23,730 nucleotides of DNA from Snowella sp. (GCA_035285545.1 JAYKGY010000127.1:1-23730); one strand, 5' to 3'; positions 8,171-17,531 are shown, counted from the first letter of the stretch. Program-made: numbers and translations. The notes: generated from the letters alone by a model not told the origin.

Positions 8171-8671
8171 ATGGCAATCCCTACTACCGTCCTTAATCCC
8201 GATATCCTAGCTTCTTTTACGGCTTTATCAACCGATCAAAAATTGGCATTATTGTGGTTTATCTATGAAGAAGTGGGAAAAAGTGTGACTCCCGCTGCCC
8301 CCGATGCCAGCACCGCCGGAACCGCGATCGCCGAAGGCTTATTTAAACAAGTCCAAGAGATGTCCCACGAAGAACAACTCCAAATTCAACGGGATTTAGT
8401 CGAACACCGAAATACCTTAATTAGTCGTGAATATGGGGCATTGAGTGATACCACCAAGCTTTTATTCTGGTACTTACTTGCCCAGGGAATGGATCGGACA
8501 GAAATTGTCCCCATGCCGCCCAACTACCCCCGCGAACCGCAAGTTCAGCAATGCTTACAGCAAATTCAACAAATTCCAAATTCCGAACAAATTACCGTTT
8601 TACGGGATCTCGTGGCCAATATGGGCGTAGATCCCAATGCGAATCCCCACGATCCCAATACAGGACTTTAA
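8171..8671 (+). CDS. Helical carotenoid protein (orange carotenoid protein N-terminal-domain homolog)
   Basis: LSTDQKLALLWFIY..GKSVTPAAP, EQLQIQRDL, ISREYGALSDTTKLLFWYLLAQGM and EQITVLRD...MG are OCP-NTD/HCP signatures. 166 aa with no NTF2-like C-terminal domain. Confidence 0.92.
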   Translation: MAIPTTVLNPDILASFTALSTDQKLALLWFIYEEVGKSVTPAAPDASTAGTAIAEGLFKQVQEMSHEEQLQIQRDLVEHRNTLISREYGALSDTTKLLFWYLLAQGMDRTEIVPMPPNYPREPQVQQCLQQIQQIPNSEQITVLRDLVANMGVDPNANPHDPNTGL

Positions 8672-8708
8672 TTCCCTTTCACGTTGAAAACGATTGAGGT
8701 AAATAGCG

Positions 8709-8915
8709 ATGGATAAATATCAATGTAAAGTTTGTGGTTATATCTACGATCCCGCAGAAGGCGATCCCGATTCAGGCATTGATGCAGGACTCCCTTTTTC
8801 CGTCATTCCCGATGATTGGAATTGCCCCCAATGCGGTGCGCCCAAGAGCGAATTTGATTCCTACGATGCACCAATGCCCGGTATGGTTGTTCCCGTTGGT
8901 CGCGAAGCAGATTAA
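8709..8915 (+). CDS. Soluble rubredoxin with a short C-terminal extension
   Basis: [15 protein letters not shown]...[13 protein letters not shown] (two CxxC knuckles). GAGG SD-like sequence at 8696-8699. No C-terminal TM helix, so not RubA. Confidence 0.93.
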   Translation: MDKYQCKVCGYIYDPAEGDPDSGIDAGLPFSVIPDDWNCPQCGAPKSEFDSYDAPMPGMVVPVGREAD

Positions 8916-8940
8916 TTAATCCTTATTCATTGCGTAACTT

Positions 8941-8963
8941 AGGGGCGTAGTCAATGCGTCCCT
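8941..8963. repeat. Degenerate REP-like hairpin between convergent genes; possible bidirectional terminator
   Basis: AGGGGCGTA-GTCAA-TGCGTCCCT forms a 9-bp stem with two G-T pairs and resembles GTAGGGGCG(C/T)A...T(G/A)CGCCCCTAC REP elements. Confidence 0.5.
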
Positions 8964-8970
8964 CTAGGGT

Positions 8971-9411
8971 TTAACTGGCTTTAATGACAATTTCCCCCGT
9001 CATTCCGGCTTCCGCATGGCCTGGAATCGAACAATACAGTTTATAGGTTCCGGCTTTCATCGGTGCAAACACCCATTCGGCTTGCCCTGTGGGTTTTAGT
9101 TCCAGTTCATGGATCGCCCCTTTGATTTCGACTTTTCCTGCCTGAACTTTTTGTGTCCAACTGGCATCTGCAAAATCTTTTGCCGTAAAGTAATGCTTCG
9201 TCGGGCTAGGATTTTCTAAAATTAATTTGTATTTTTGACCGACGACAAAATCAAAATGATCGGGAACAAATTTTAATTCCCCGGCACTATTGCCTAAACT
9301 GACTTTCACTTCAGTCATGGTCGCGATCGGATCCGCTAGAACCGGATTAAAACAAATTGTTGTAACAAAAACGAGAGTAATGAATAAAAATTTCCAAAAT
9401 AATTTCAACAT
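8971..9411 (-). CDS. Secreted cupredoxin (plastocyanin/azurin-like type 1 copper protein)
   Basis: Signal peptide ending PVLA-D. LKFVPD strand, His in TKHYF, and C-x4-H-x4-M loop in YCSIPGHAEAGM. Confidence 0.87.
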   Translation of the reverse strand: MLKLFWKFLFITLVFVTTICFNPVLADPIATMTEVKVSLGNSAGELKFVPDHFDFVVGQKYKLILENPSPTKHYFTAKDFADASWTQKVQAGKVEIKGAIHELELKPTGQAEWVFAPMKAGTYKLYCSIPGHAEAGMTGEIVIKAS

Positions 9412-9514
9412 AGGCTTTTTTAAGTCTCAATATTGGGTGTTATTTCAGTGTCTTAGTTACAGGCAAGGGGATTAATTGCTTGATTTCTTGGCCTACCAAG
9501 GATTTAAAGAAAAA

Positions 9515-10387
9515 CTATAAATATTTTTGTAAAATAACGGCTAATTTTTCTTTCGTTGCGGCGGGAACCTTATCCAAGGGCGTTAAAATCGCGTGTTTTA
9601 GGGCACGATGGGCGTAGGAAGTCGGAGGATTTTCGCCAATTCTGCGTACCGTTTCGTAAATTACTTTTTGGGCATTAACGGCGTTACGGTGCAGATTATC
9701 AATAATCATTTCAACGGTGACATGATCATGATCGGGATGCCAACAATCGTAATCTGTGACTAGAGCAAGGGTCGCGTAGGCGATTTCTGCTTCACGGGCT
9801 AATTTGGCTTCGGGTAAATTGGTCATACCGATGATACTTCCTCCCCAACTGCGATATAAATTGGATTCGGCAATGGTAGAAAAAGCGGGCCCTTCCATGC
9901 AGATATAGGTGCCGCTACGGTGCAAACCAATATCGGGTAGGTTTAAGCTTTCTACAGAATCCGCTAAGACTTGCGATAGGTTTTTACAAAAGGGATCGCC
10001 AAAAGCAACATGGGCAACAATGCCATCACCAAAGAAGGTCGAAATGCGATCGCGGGTACGGTCAATAAATTGATCAGGAATCATTAAATCCAGGGGTTTA
10101 ACCGCTTCCTGTAGGGAACCAACAGCCGACGCAGAGATAATATATTCCACACCTAATTTTTTTAAGGCATAGATATTGGCACGAAAGGGGAGTTCGGTCG
10201 GCAATAAATGGTGATTTCTGCCATGACGGGCTAAAAATGCAACGGGAACATCCGCTAACGTTCCCACAATGAATGCATCCGACGGAGAACCAAAGGGGGT
10301 GTCAATTTGGATTTCCTGTACGTCTTTCAGAGCATCCATTTTATAGAGACCGCTACCGCCGATAATGCCGATTTTTGCTTGTGTCAT
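9515..10387 (-). CDS. mtnP: S-methyl-5'-thioadenosine phosphorylase
   Basis: [62 protein letters not shown]. Confidence 0.95.
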   Translation of the reverse strand: MTQAKIGIIGGSGLYKMDALKDVQEIQIDTPFGSPSDAFIVGTLADVPVAFLARHGRNHHLLPTELPFRANIYALKKLGVEYIISASAVGSLQEAVKPLDLMIPDQFIDRTRDRISTFFGDGIVAHVAFGDPFCKNLSQVLADSVESLNLPDIGLHRSGTYICMEGPAFSTIAESNLYRSWGGSIIGMTNLPEAKLAREAEIAYATLALVTDYDCWHPDHDHVTVEMIIDNLHRNAVNAQKVIYETVRRIGENPPTSYAHRALKHAILTPLDKVPAATKEKLAVILQKYL

Positions 10388-10648
10388 GGCGTGTTTGTCA
10401 GAATGAAGAGTTTAAGCAACGTTATGGCATATTATACGCGATCGCGGCTTAAGAGTCGGAGGATTAAAGCGTGTCGGATTTTCGTTGCTAATTCCAGAGT
10501 ATTCAGTTAAACATCTATTTTTCAAGTAAAAATTGAGAATTTAATAGGTATTATTGCGTTAACATTTGCTCATTTGTTGTCTATCTTAATATCTGGGTGA
10601 AAGTTGGCGCGGTACAATTGGCACAGACATTATGGGAGGTGAAACTTC

Positions 10649-10873
10649 ATGTCTGAACAATCTGTACAATCTATAGATACCAGTTGTCTCGTTGAATTGG
10701 AAAATTTGGATCAGGTTGATCCCGTTAAAGGGGCAATGTGTCGAGCCGAGGCGCAAGAAATCCTAGCGAATCCGTCCGTTGCTATTAGACTCCGTACCGC
10801 GATCGCTGACTTATTAATGCAAGCCAATCAAAAACTCGGCTTAAAGAACGTTGTTGGAGAAGACAGCTATTAA
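10649..10873 (+). CDS. Small hypothetical helical protein (74 aa)
   Basis: Strong SD GGGAGGTG at 10634-10641, plausible helical composition, and overlap with the next gene as in an operon. Confidence 0.7.
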   Translation: MSEQSVQSIDTSCLVELENLDQVDPVKGAMCRAEAQEILANPSVAIRLRTAIADLLMQANQKLGLKNVVGEDSY

Positions 10874-11375
10874 GTCGAGGATTTTTTTAATCGGGAGGAA
10901 GTTTTCTTTATTACTGATAGTGGGAATGGTGGCATTGACCGGATGTAGTAAAGCCGTCTTGATCAATCCCCAATTGCCCAGTGGGGGTATTAATAGCCTC
11001 GCTCCCGATGAACACCCTGCCTACAGTGCCGATGGTCGTTATCTCGCTTTTGCTTCAGATCGCAATGGCCGCCGCGAAGTTTTTTTGTATGATGTACAGC
11101 AACGGAATTTAATCTTTTTACCTAACCTTAATCAACCCAATGCCAGTCAGGATCAACCGTCTTTGAGTGCTGATGGTCGCTTCATTGCCTACGTTTCAAC
11201 CGCACGGGGAAAATCTGACATCATGGTTTATGACCGCAATAGCCAACGCTCAGAATTATTAACCGCTAATATTCGCGGTTCTGTCAGCCATCCCAGTATT
11301 AGCGGCGACGGTAAACGGGTTGCTTTTCAAACTAGTCAACTAGGTCAATGGCATATCGCGATTGTGGAACGCTAA
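10851..11375 (+). CDS. TolB-like lipoprotein with three PD40/WD40-like repeats
   Basis: Hydrophobic signal plus lipobox LTGC. Repeats PAYSADGRYLAF, PSLSADGRFIAY and PSISGDGKRVAF. The TTG start is uncertain. Confidence 0.85.
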   Translation: MLEKTAIKSRIFLIGRKFSLLLIVGMVALTGCSKAVLINPQLPSGGINSLAPDEHPAYSADGRYLAFASDRNGRREVFLYDVQQRNLIFLPNLNQPNASQDQPSLSADGRFIAYVSTARGKSDIMVYDRNSQRSELLTANIRGSVSHPSISGDGKRVAFQTSQLGQWHIAIVER

Positions 11376-11535
11376 AATGAAAAATTAAGCAAGTTTGTCG
11401 ATCTAAGACCCAAGATTAAATTATAAAGTCAATTTTTTAACGTTAAATGCTATGTAGAGAGTAATCATAAAACGTTTTTTACAAATTTGTCGTAAACTAT
11501 TCTACAAACAGCAATGATTTGAAAAAGCCCTTACT

Positions 11536-11832
11536 ATGACTGAACAAGAGCAACTCACCCGTATTTTAACGTTAGTTGAACTAACCAATTCCCGGCTTGA
11601 TAAACTCGATCAAGATATCCAGACGGCTAACCAGCGCATTCAAGACGAGGCAAAAGCAGCTAATCAACGCTTAGAAACCGAAATTAAACGTTGGGATGAT
11701 CGATTTTTTCAGCTTGTCAAAGAACAAGGGCAAACAGCCCGAACTATTATTATTGCGGCTGCTTCCGTTATTGTTTTGAGTCCCGTTTTAGGGGCTGTAA
11801 CCGAATTTGCTAGTCGTTTATTAACTCGATAA
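11536..11832 (+). CDS. Small coiled-coil protein with a C-terminal membrane anchor
   Basis: Amphipathic helical N-terminal region with an ANQR repeat at 11-aa spacing, then hydrophobic TIIIAAASVIVLSPVLGAV. Confidence 0.75.
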   Translation: MTEQEQLTRILTLVELTNSRLDKLDQDIQTANQRIQDEAKAANQRLETEIKRWDDRFFQLVKEQGQTARTIIIAAASVIVLSPVLGAVTEFASRLLTR

Positions 11833-11918
11833 TATTTGAAATTAATTGACTTTTACTTTTAAGTTTCTTAGTTGAAAAACGAAGATAAAGTTAGGCTAAA
11901 TCCAATAGGTGGTCAACT

Positions 11919-12575
11919 ATGACAATTTCCCTAGAAAATTCCCCTAGAACTGATGAAATCATTTACCCCAGTGAGGATGGTGAACCCTTGGCAGAATCCT
12001 ACGATCATGTACAGGTGATCGCGACGACCCTAGACGTTTTAAGCCAATATTTAAGCGGTCAACAGGCAACAGTTTTAGCGAATCAGTTTATGTATTATGC
12101 CCAGGGTTTTCCAAAACTGCGGGTTGCACCCGATGTCATGGTGATTTTTAATGTCACCCCAGGCGGACGGGATAATTACAAAATTTGGGAAGAAGGGGAA
12201 GTTCCTGCGGTTATTTTTGAAATGACTTCCCAAAGTACCCAGGATCAAGACAAGTTTATTAAAAAAAGCCTTTATGAGCAATTAGGGGTAACTGAATACT
12301 GGCTGTTTGACCCCAATGGAGAATGGATCGAGGGGCATTTACGGGGTTATCGTCTGCGAAATGAGCAATATGAACTGATTACGGATCAAATAAGTCAACC
12401 GTTGGGTTTGCGCTTAGTCGTGGAAAATAAACGATTGACCTTTTATCGGCAAGATAACGGTGAAAAATTGTTAATTTCTACGGAATTGCGAGACGCTTGG
12501 TTAGCCGAAAAGCAACGAGCCGACCGATTAGCCGAAAAACTGCGATCGCTGGGCATTGATCCTGACCTCGAATAA
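11919..12575 (+). CDS. Uma2 (DUF820) family PD-(D/E)XK-like endonuclease
   Basis: IIYPSEDGEPLAES..H, VAPDVMV, P.VIFEMTS.ST...D...KK.LY..LGV.EYWLFDP, and the typical tail RADRLAEKLRSLGIDPD. Confidence 0.92.
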   Translation: MTISLENSPRTDEIIYPSEDGEPLAESYDHVQVIATTLDVLSQYLSGQQATVLANQFMYYAQGFPKLRVAPDVMVIFNVTPGGRDNYKIWEEGEVPAVIFEMTSQSTQDQDKFIKKSLYEQLGVTEYWLFDPNGEWIEGHLRGYRLRNEQYELITDQISQPLGLRLVVENKRLTFYRQDNGEKLLISTELRDAWLAEKQRADRLAEKLRSLGIDPDLE

Positions 12576-12637
12576 CCTTGGGCTGATTAAACGGTTGAGC
12601 AGTTAGGATAGGATTGAGAACATAGAGTCCTTAAATA

Positions 12638-13855
12638 GTGGCAAAATCGTTATTTTTAAAGATGAGACGCAAATTTTTACTGAGTTCTTTTAAATCTTAT
12701 ATTCTGACTTTTGTATTGAGTTTTGCTTTAATTTTTAGTTTTTTGTTTAATTACCCTGTCTTAGCAGCACCCCTTCCCATCGCAACGGATGATTCCAATC
12801 AAGCTCAGGTTCCCATTAGTAAAACCCAAGAGGAAAGTTTTGTTGCGATCGCGGTGGCTAAAACTGGGCCTGCGGTGGTTCGCATCGATACAGAAACGGT
12901 GGTAACTCGTCGCAATGATCCCTTATTTAATGATCCCTTTTTACGGGACTTTTTTGGCGGCCAATTTCCCATGAATCCCCAGCAAGAACAGCGTATTGTG
13001 GGGCAAGGTTCGGGTTTCATTATTGATAAAAGTGGGGTCGTGCTGACCAATGCCCATGTGGTCGATAATGCCAATAAGGTGACCGTTACGTTGAAAGATG
13101 GTCGAATTTTTAAAGGCGAGGTCAAAGGCGTAGATGAGGTGACGGATTTAGCAGTCGTCAAAATCAATGCCCTAGGTTCTGAGCTACCCGTTGCCCCCTT
13201 AGGGGATTCTTCCAGCGTGGAAGTGGGGGATTGGGCGATCGCGGTTGGTAATCCTGTGGGGCTAGATAATACGGTAACGCTCGGCATTATTAGCACCATT
13301 GGGCGAACTTCGGCTCAAGTGGGCATTCCTGACAAACGGGTGGAATTTATTCAAACCGATGCGGCCATTAACCCAGGGAATTCAGGCGGGCCGTTGCTCA
13401 ATGCCAAAGGGGAAGTCGTGGGGATCAATACGGCGATTCGGGCTGATGCAATGGGGATCGGGTTTGCTATTCCCATTAATCAGGCAAAATCTTTGGAAAC
13501 CTTACTGGCATCAGGTCAAAAAGTACCCCATCCCTACATTGGCATTCAGATGATTAACCTAACACCTGAACTCGCCCAGCAAAATAATCGTGACCCCAAT
13601 TCACCCTTTTTAATTGCGGAAGTCGATGGCATTTTAGTGGTGCGAGTGATCCCCAATACGCCCGCAGAACGGGCCGGCATTCGTCGGGGGGATGTGATTA
13701 CAGGCGTGAATAATCAACCGATTAAGGACGGGGCTGTATTGCAATCTCTTGTCGATAAAGCAGGCTTAAATCAATCTTTAAGGCTCAAACTTCAACGCGG
13801 CGATCGCAGTCTAGAGTTAACGGTACAAACGGCTCAACTCGAAAATCCTGCTTAG
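12638..13855 (+). CDS. hhoA: HtrA/DegP-family serine protease with one PDZ domain (HhoA-like)
   Basis: Catalytic triad motifs TNAHVV, DLAVV and GNSGGP; GPAVVRIDT; single C-terminal PDZ. The real start may be the ATG at 12662. The paralog assignment (hhoA versus hhoB/htrA) is from recall. Confidence 0.88.
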   Translation: MAKSLFLKMRRKFLLSSFKSYILTFVLSFALIFSFLFNYPVLAAPLPIATDDSNQAQVPISKTQEESFVAIAVAKTGPAVVRIDTETVVTRRNDPLFNDPFLRDFFGGQFPMNPQQEQRIVGQGSGFIIDKSGVVLTNAHVVDNANKVTVTLKDGRIFKGEVKGVDEVTDLAVVKINALGSELPVAPLGDSSSVEVGDWAIAVGNPVGLDNTVTLGIISTIGRTSAQVGIPDKRVEFIQTDAAINPGNSGGPLLNAKGEVVGINTAIRADAMGIGFAIPINQAKSLETLLASGQKVPHPYIGIQMINLTPELAQQNNRDPNSPFLIAEVDGILVVRVIPNTPAERAGIRRGDVITGVNNQPIKDGAVLQSLVDKAGLNQSLRLKLQRGDRSLELTVQTAQLENPA

Positions 13856-13903
13856 GATGAGGTACAAAGAGCAACTAGATTATCAAAAAGGGTTTGGAAA
13901 CCA

Positions 13904-15457
13904 ATGGCTGTTAAAACCAAAGGCGTGATTGCGGCGGGTCATCCCAAAACGGCAGAAGCCGGTCGGCTCATGTTGGAGTTGGGGGGCAATGCTTTTGATG
14001 CCGCGATCGCGGCTGTTTTTGCGGCCTTTGTGGTGGAATCAACCCTCACTTCAGCAGGAGGTGGGGGCTTTTTATTGGCTCACACGGAGGATCATCAAGA
14101 CTTACTGTTTGATTTTTTCTGTCAAACGCCACGTTACCCAAAACCCTTATTTGACATTGAGTTTTACCCCGTTGAATTAAATTTCGGGGGAGCCTTACAA
14201 ATTTTCCATATCGGCAAGGGCGCGATCGCGGTTCCAGGGGCTTTAGCGGGAGCTTTTACGGTACACCAACGTTTAGGAAAACTGCCCTTTACAACTGTGA
14301 TTGAACCTGCCATTGACTATGCTCGAAATGGCTTTATTCTCAATTCTTTTAATGAATTTACTCATCAACTGCTAGAACCCATTTTACTAGGCGAGCCTGA
14401 AGGTCAAGAACTTTACGCCCCATCGGGGAAGCTTTTAGAGCAAGGAGATATTAGCTATCATCACAATTTTGCCCAAACCTTAACTTATTTAGCCGAAAAA
14501 GGCATTCAAGACTTTTATCAAGGGGATATTGCCCATCAAATTGTTAAGGATCTTTCCTCTGGTGGTTATTTAACCTTAGAAGACCTACAAGCCTATGAAG
14601 TGATTGTCAGAAAACCCTTAAAACTGAATTATCGAGGTTACGAATTATTAACCAATCCGCCACCCAGTTCGGGAGGAACCCTGATTGCTTTTGCGCTGAA
14701 ACTACTAGAAAGCCTTGATTTAAAACAACTTGAATGGGGCAGTGCGGAACATTTAACCCTTCTCAGCCAAGTGATGCGTTGTACGAATACGGCGAGGAAA
14801 AATCACTACGATGAAGCCATTTATCAAGCCAGCTTAGTGGAAGAATTTTTATCCCCAGCCAATTGCCAGACCTATCAACAGGAACTACAAGGCGTTTGTA
14901 ATAAATTGGGCAGCACCACCCACATTAGCGTCATGGATGATCTGGGGAATGCGGCGAGTGTGACGACTTCCAACGGAGAAGGTTCTTCCTACATCGTCCC
15001 AGGCACAGGAATCATGCTCAACAATATGCTAGGCGAAGCCGATCTCAATCCCCAAGGGTTTCATCACTGGCAACCCAATCAACGGTTATCTTCCATGATG
15101 TCTCCTACCTTAGTTTTAAAAAATGGCAGGCCAGAAATGGTTTTAGGGTCAGGGGGATCAAATCGCATTAGAACCGCTATTTTACAAGTAATTTCCAATT
15201 GTTTAGATTTTGATTTGCCGATCGCGATCGCGGTAAATCGTTCCCGAATCCACTGGGAGAATCAAACCCTAGACTTGGAACCTTTAAATTGCCCAGAAGT
15301 CTTAAATAAGTTAGTATTTGCAGATGAAACCCGAATTAATCTTTGGGATAATCTCAATATGTTTTTTGGAGGCGTACATGCAACCCGACTATCAGACAAT
15401 GGCGAATTAGAGGGTGTCGGCGATCCACGAAGGTCAGGAGTCGCGATATACTCTTGA
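13904..15457 (+). CDS. ggt: Gamma-glutamyltransferase family (Ntn hydrolase), no signal peptide
   Basis: GGNAFDAAIA, GGGGF, PPPSSGG, autocleavage site GS-TTHISV, LNNMLG, SSMMSPT, GSGGS, GDPRR. Confidence 0.9.
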   Translation: MAVKTKGVIAAGHPKTAEAGRLMLELGGNAFDAAIAAVFAAFVVESTLTSAGGGGFLLAHTEDHQDLLFDFFCQTPRYPKPLFDIEFYPVELNFGGALQIFHIGKGAIAVPGALAGAFTVHQRLGKLPFTTVIEPAIDYARNGFILNSFNEFTHQLLEPILLGEPEGQELYAPSGKLLEQGDISYHHNFAQTLTYLAEKGIQDFYQGDIAHQIVKDLSSGGYLTLEDLQAYEVIVRKPLKLNYRGYELLTNPPPSSGGTLIAFALKLLESLDLKQLEWGSAEHLTLLSQVMRCTNTARKNHYDEAIYQASLVEEFLSPANCQTYQQELQGVCNKLGSTTHISVMDDLGNAASVTTSNGEGSSYIVPGTGIMLNNMLGEADLNPQGFHHWQPNQRLSSMMSPTLVLKNGRPEMVLGSGGSNRIRTAILQVISNCLDFDLPIAIAVNRSRIHWENQTLDLEPLNCPEVLNKLVFADETRINLWDNLNMFFGGVHATRLSDNGELEGVGDPRRSGVAIYS

Positions 15458-15575
15458 TTTGGGAGAGGATCTATTTTATTCTCTGTTCAGTCACGGTAAA
15501 TTCTTGCTTAAGAGAAGTCTAAAATTCATCAATTCTAGTTAAGAGAGGACTTCCTCTTTCCTAGATAATTAACCC

Positions 15576-17531
15576 ATGAAATCAAACAGCCCCCTACAAT
15601 TCATGTTTATGACTCGTTATTTGATGTCTCTTGGTACAAGCGTCATTTTTGTCCTGACCTCTGGCATCGTAACTACCGCCCAGACTTCTCCTTCCCGTCC
15701 CCCTTCTCCGTGGGGAAAAATGTCCAAAGCTACTCAACCTATGACTGAAAAGAGCAGTTTTGATGCAGGGGTAGAGCAAGTTGTGGACAAAGCAGCCTCG
15801 ATCGACTCTCCCTTTGAACAACCCCTTGAAGCCAGCCCCGTTACCTTTCCCTCTGAGCTTTCGCCTAGTCATCAATCAGCCGCCCGCCCGCCTCAAAGCA
15901 AGTCAGCCGCCCTTTTCCATACACTCCGCCATTCCCGATCAACTGTTCCATCCTTATCCGTTGCCCAGGCTCAAAATCCTTCCCAGGATTCTACTCCTAC
16001 ACCGGCAACTGCTCCCCCTTCCAATACGGACAATCCAACCTTTTCAACGCCAACTGTCCCTAGCACGTCTCCCTTCACCGCGCCCGATCCCCTGCAAAAC
16101 TCCAATCAATCCCCTGCTTTTCCAGCAACCCCCAGTGAGGCGAGACAATTACCCCCTAACCCAGCTCCCAATGAACTCAATTCTAGTGGGAATCCGCTTC
16201 TTTTCCCGACTCGTCCCCAGGAGGTAGATACTACCATTCGTCAGGCGATTACCTTAAATCAAGCCATTGAGTTAGCTCTCCGCAATAATCAAGATTTACA
16301 AGCCGCTCGTCTTACCTTAGAAAGAAGCCAAGCTGACCTGGAAGCGGCCCGATCTGCCCTTTTTCCGACTTTGAGTACGGAATTTGAGTTAAGTCGGGAC
16401 AATTCTGCTTCTACACAATTACAAAATACGCTTACCCTACAAAATGCTGCCAATTCTCCCGTTCCCATTACCCCTAATTTACAACCCGAATCAACAACCA
16501 ATGCCACCGGTTCTTTACAACTGGCTTACAATATTTTTTCGGGGGGAGAACGGGCTGCCAATATTCGGCGATCAGAAATTCAAGTTCAAAATGGCCGCTT
16601 ACAAGTAGAAATCGCTTCGGAACAAACCCGCTTTGAAGCAACGGATCGCTATTATGCCCTACAGGGAACGGATGCCCAGGTCGCGATCGCGCAAGCCTCA
16701 GTAGAAGACGCGGCTCAAAGTTTACGGGATGCCCGATTATTGGAACAAGCCGGATTAGGAACACGCTTTGATGTATTGCGAGCCGAAGGGGATTTAGCGA
16801 CTGCTAATGAAGCCTTAACCAGGGCGATTTCCGACCAGCGTACTGCTAGACGGCGATTAGCTCAAATTTTAAGCGTCGGGCAAAAAGTTGAACTCACTGC
16901 GGCCGATCCCATTACTGAATCAGGAGTCTGGAACACAACCTTAGAACAGAGTATTGTCCAAGCCTATAAAAATCGAGCCGAGCTTGAACAACAATTAAAC
17001 CAAGCCGAAATCTATGAACAGGAACGCTATATTGCCTTAGCGGGAATTCAGCCTAAAGTCGATTTTTTGGCCAACTATAACTATCAAGATAACTTCAATA
17101 ATTCCGTTGGTGTAGTTGATGGTTATTCCTTTGGAGCTAGGGTTCGCTGGACATTTTTTGATGGGGGTCGGGCCTTTGCAGAAGCACGACGAGCAGACCG
17201 CAATATGGATTTAGCCCAAACGGAATTTGCCCGCCAGCGCAACCAGATTCGTTTTGATGTGGAAGAAGCTTATTACACTCTAATTTCTACTCAAGAAAAT
17301 ATTAGTAGCACCCGTACTAATGTGACCCGTTTTGAAGAAGCCCTCCGACTGGCCCGCTTACGCTTCCAGGCTGGGGTGGGAACCCAAACCGATGTCATTA
17401 ATGCTCAACGGGATTTAGCCAATGCACGGGGTCGTTTTCTCCAGGCAATTATTGGTTATAACCAGTCGCTAAACCGATTACAACGAGCTGTTAGCAATTT
17501 GCCGACTAATAATCTTTTTGAAGTCCGCTAA
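15576..17531 (+). CDS. tolC: TolC-family outer-membrane channel (HgdD-like) with a long Pro/Ser/Thr-rich N-terminal extension
   Basis: ITLNQAIELALRNN and two OEP repeats (AGLGTRFDVL; RFQAGVGTQTDVINAQ). Signal peptide followed by ~180 aa of low-complexity sequence. Confidence 0.9.
   Translation: MKSNSPLQFMFMTRYLMSLGTSVIFVLTSGIVTTAQTSPSRPPSPWGKMSKATQPMTEKSSFDAGVEQVVDKAASIDSPFEQPLEASPVTFPSELSPSHQSAARPPQSKSAALFHTLRHSRSTVPSLSVAQAQNPSQDSTPTPATAPPSNTDNPTFSTPTVPSTSPFTAPDPLQNSNQSPAFPATPSEARQLPPNPAPNELNSSGNPLLFPTRPQEVDTTIRQAITLNQAIELALRNNQDLQAARLTLERSQADLEAARSALFPTLSTEFELSRDNSASTQLQNTLTLQNAANSPVPITPNLQPESTTNATGSLQLAYNIFSGGERAANIRRSEIQVQNGRLQVEIASEQTRFEATDRYYALQGTDAQVAIAQASVEDAAQSLRDARLLEQAGLGTRFDVLRAEGDLATANEALTRAISDQRTARRRLAQILSVGQKVELTAADPITESGVWNTTLEQSIVQAYKNRAELEQQLNQAEIYEQERYIALAGIQPKVDFLANYNYQDNFNNSVGVVDGYSFGARVRWTFFDGGRAFAEARRADRNMDLAQTEFARQRNQIRFDVEEAYYTLISTQENISSTRTNVTRFEEALRLARLRFQAGVGTQTDVINAQRDLANARGRFLQAIIGYNQSLNRLQRAVSNLPTNNLFEVR

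Noticed and set aside
8709..8915. Rubredoxin as rubA (photosystem assembly factor)
   Set aside because: It lacks the C-terminal transmembrane helix and the ycf48/psbEFLJ context.
11492..11505. GTA-N8-TAC NtcA-like box (GTAAACTATTCTAC)
   Set aside because: No TAN3T at the canonical ~22-nt spacing, and several such 6-base matches are expected by chance in a window this size.
12805..13299. 164-aa antisense ORF opposite hhoA, and similar shadow or alternate-frame ORFs at 873-1172, 2355-2762, 15781-16227, 16474-16764 and 19136-21054
   Set aside because: They lie almost wholly within well-supported genes, are explained by codon bias or low complexity, and show no independent motifs.
13857..13866. 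ATGAGGTACA identical to 23625-23634 in the IS630 end
   Set aside because: Only 10 nt match and the similarity does not extend convincingly, so it cannot be called an IS scar.
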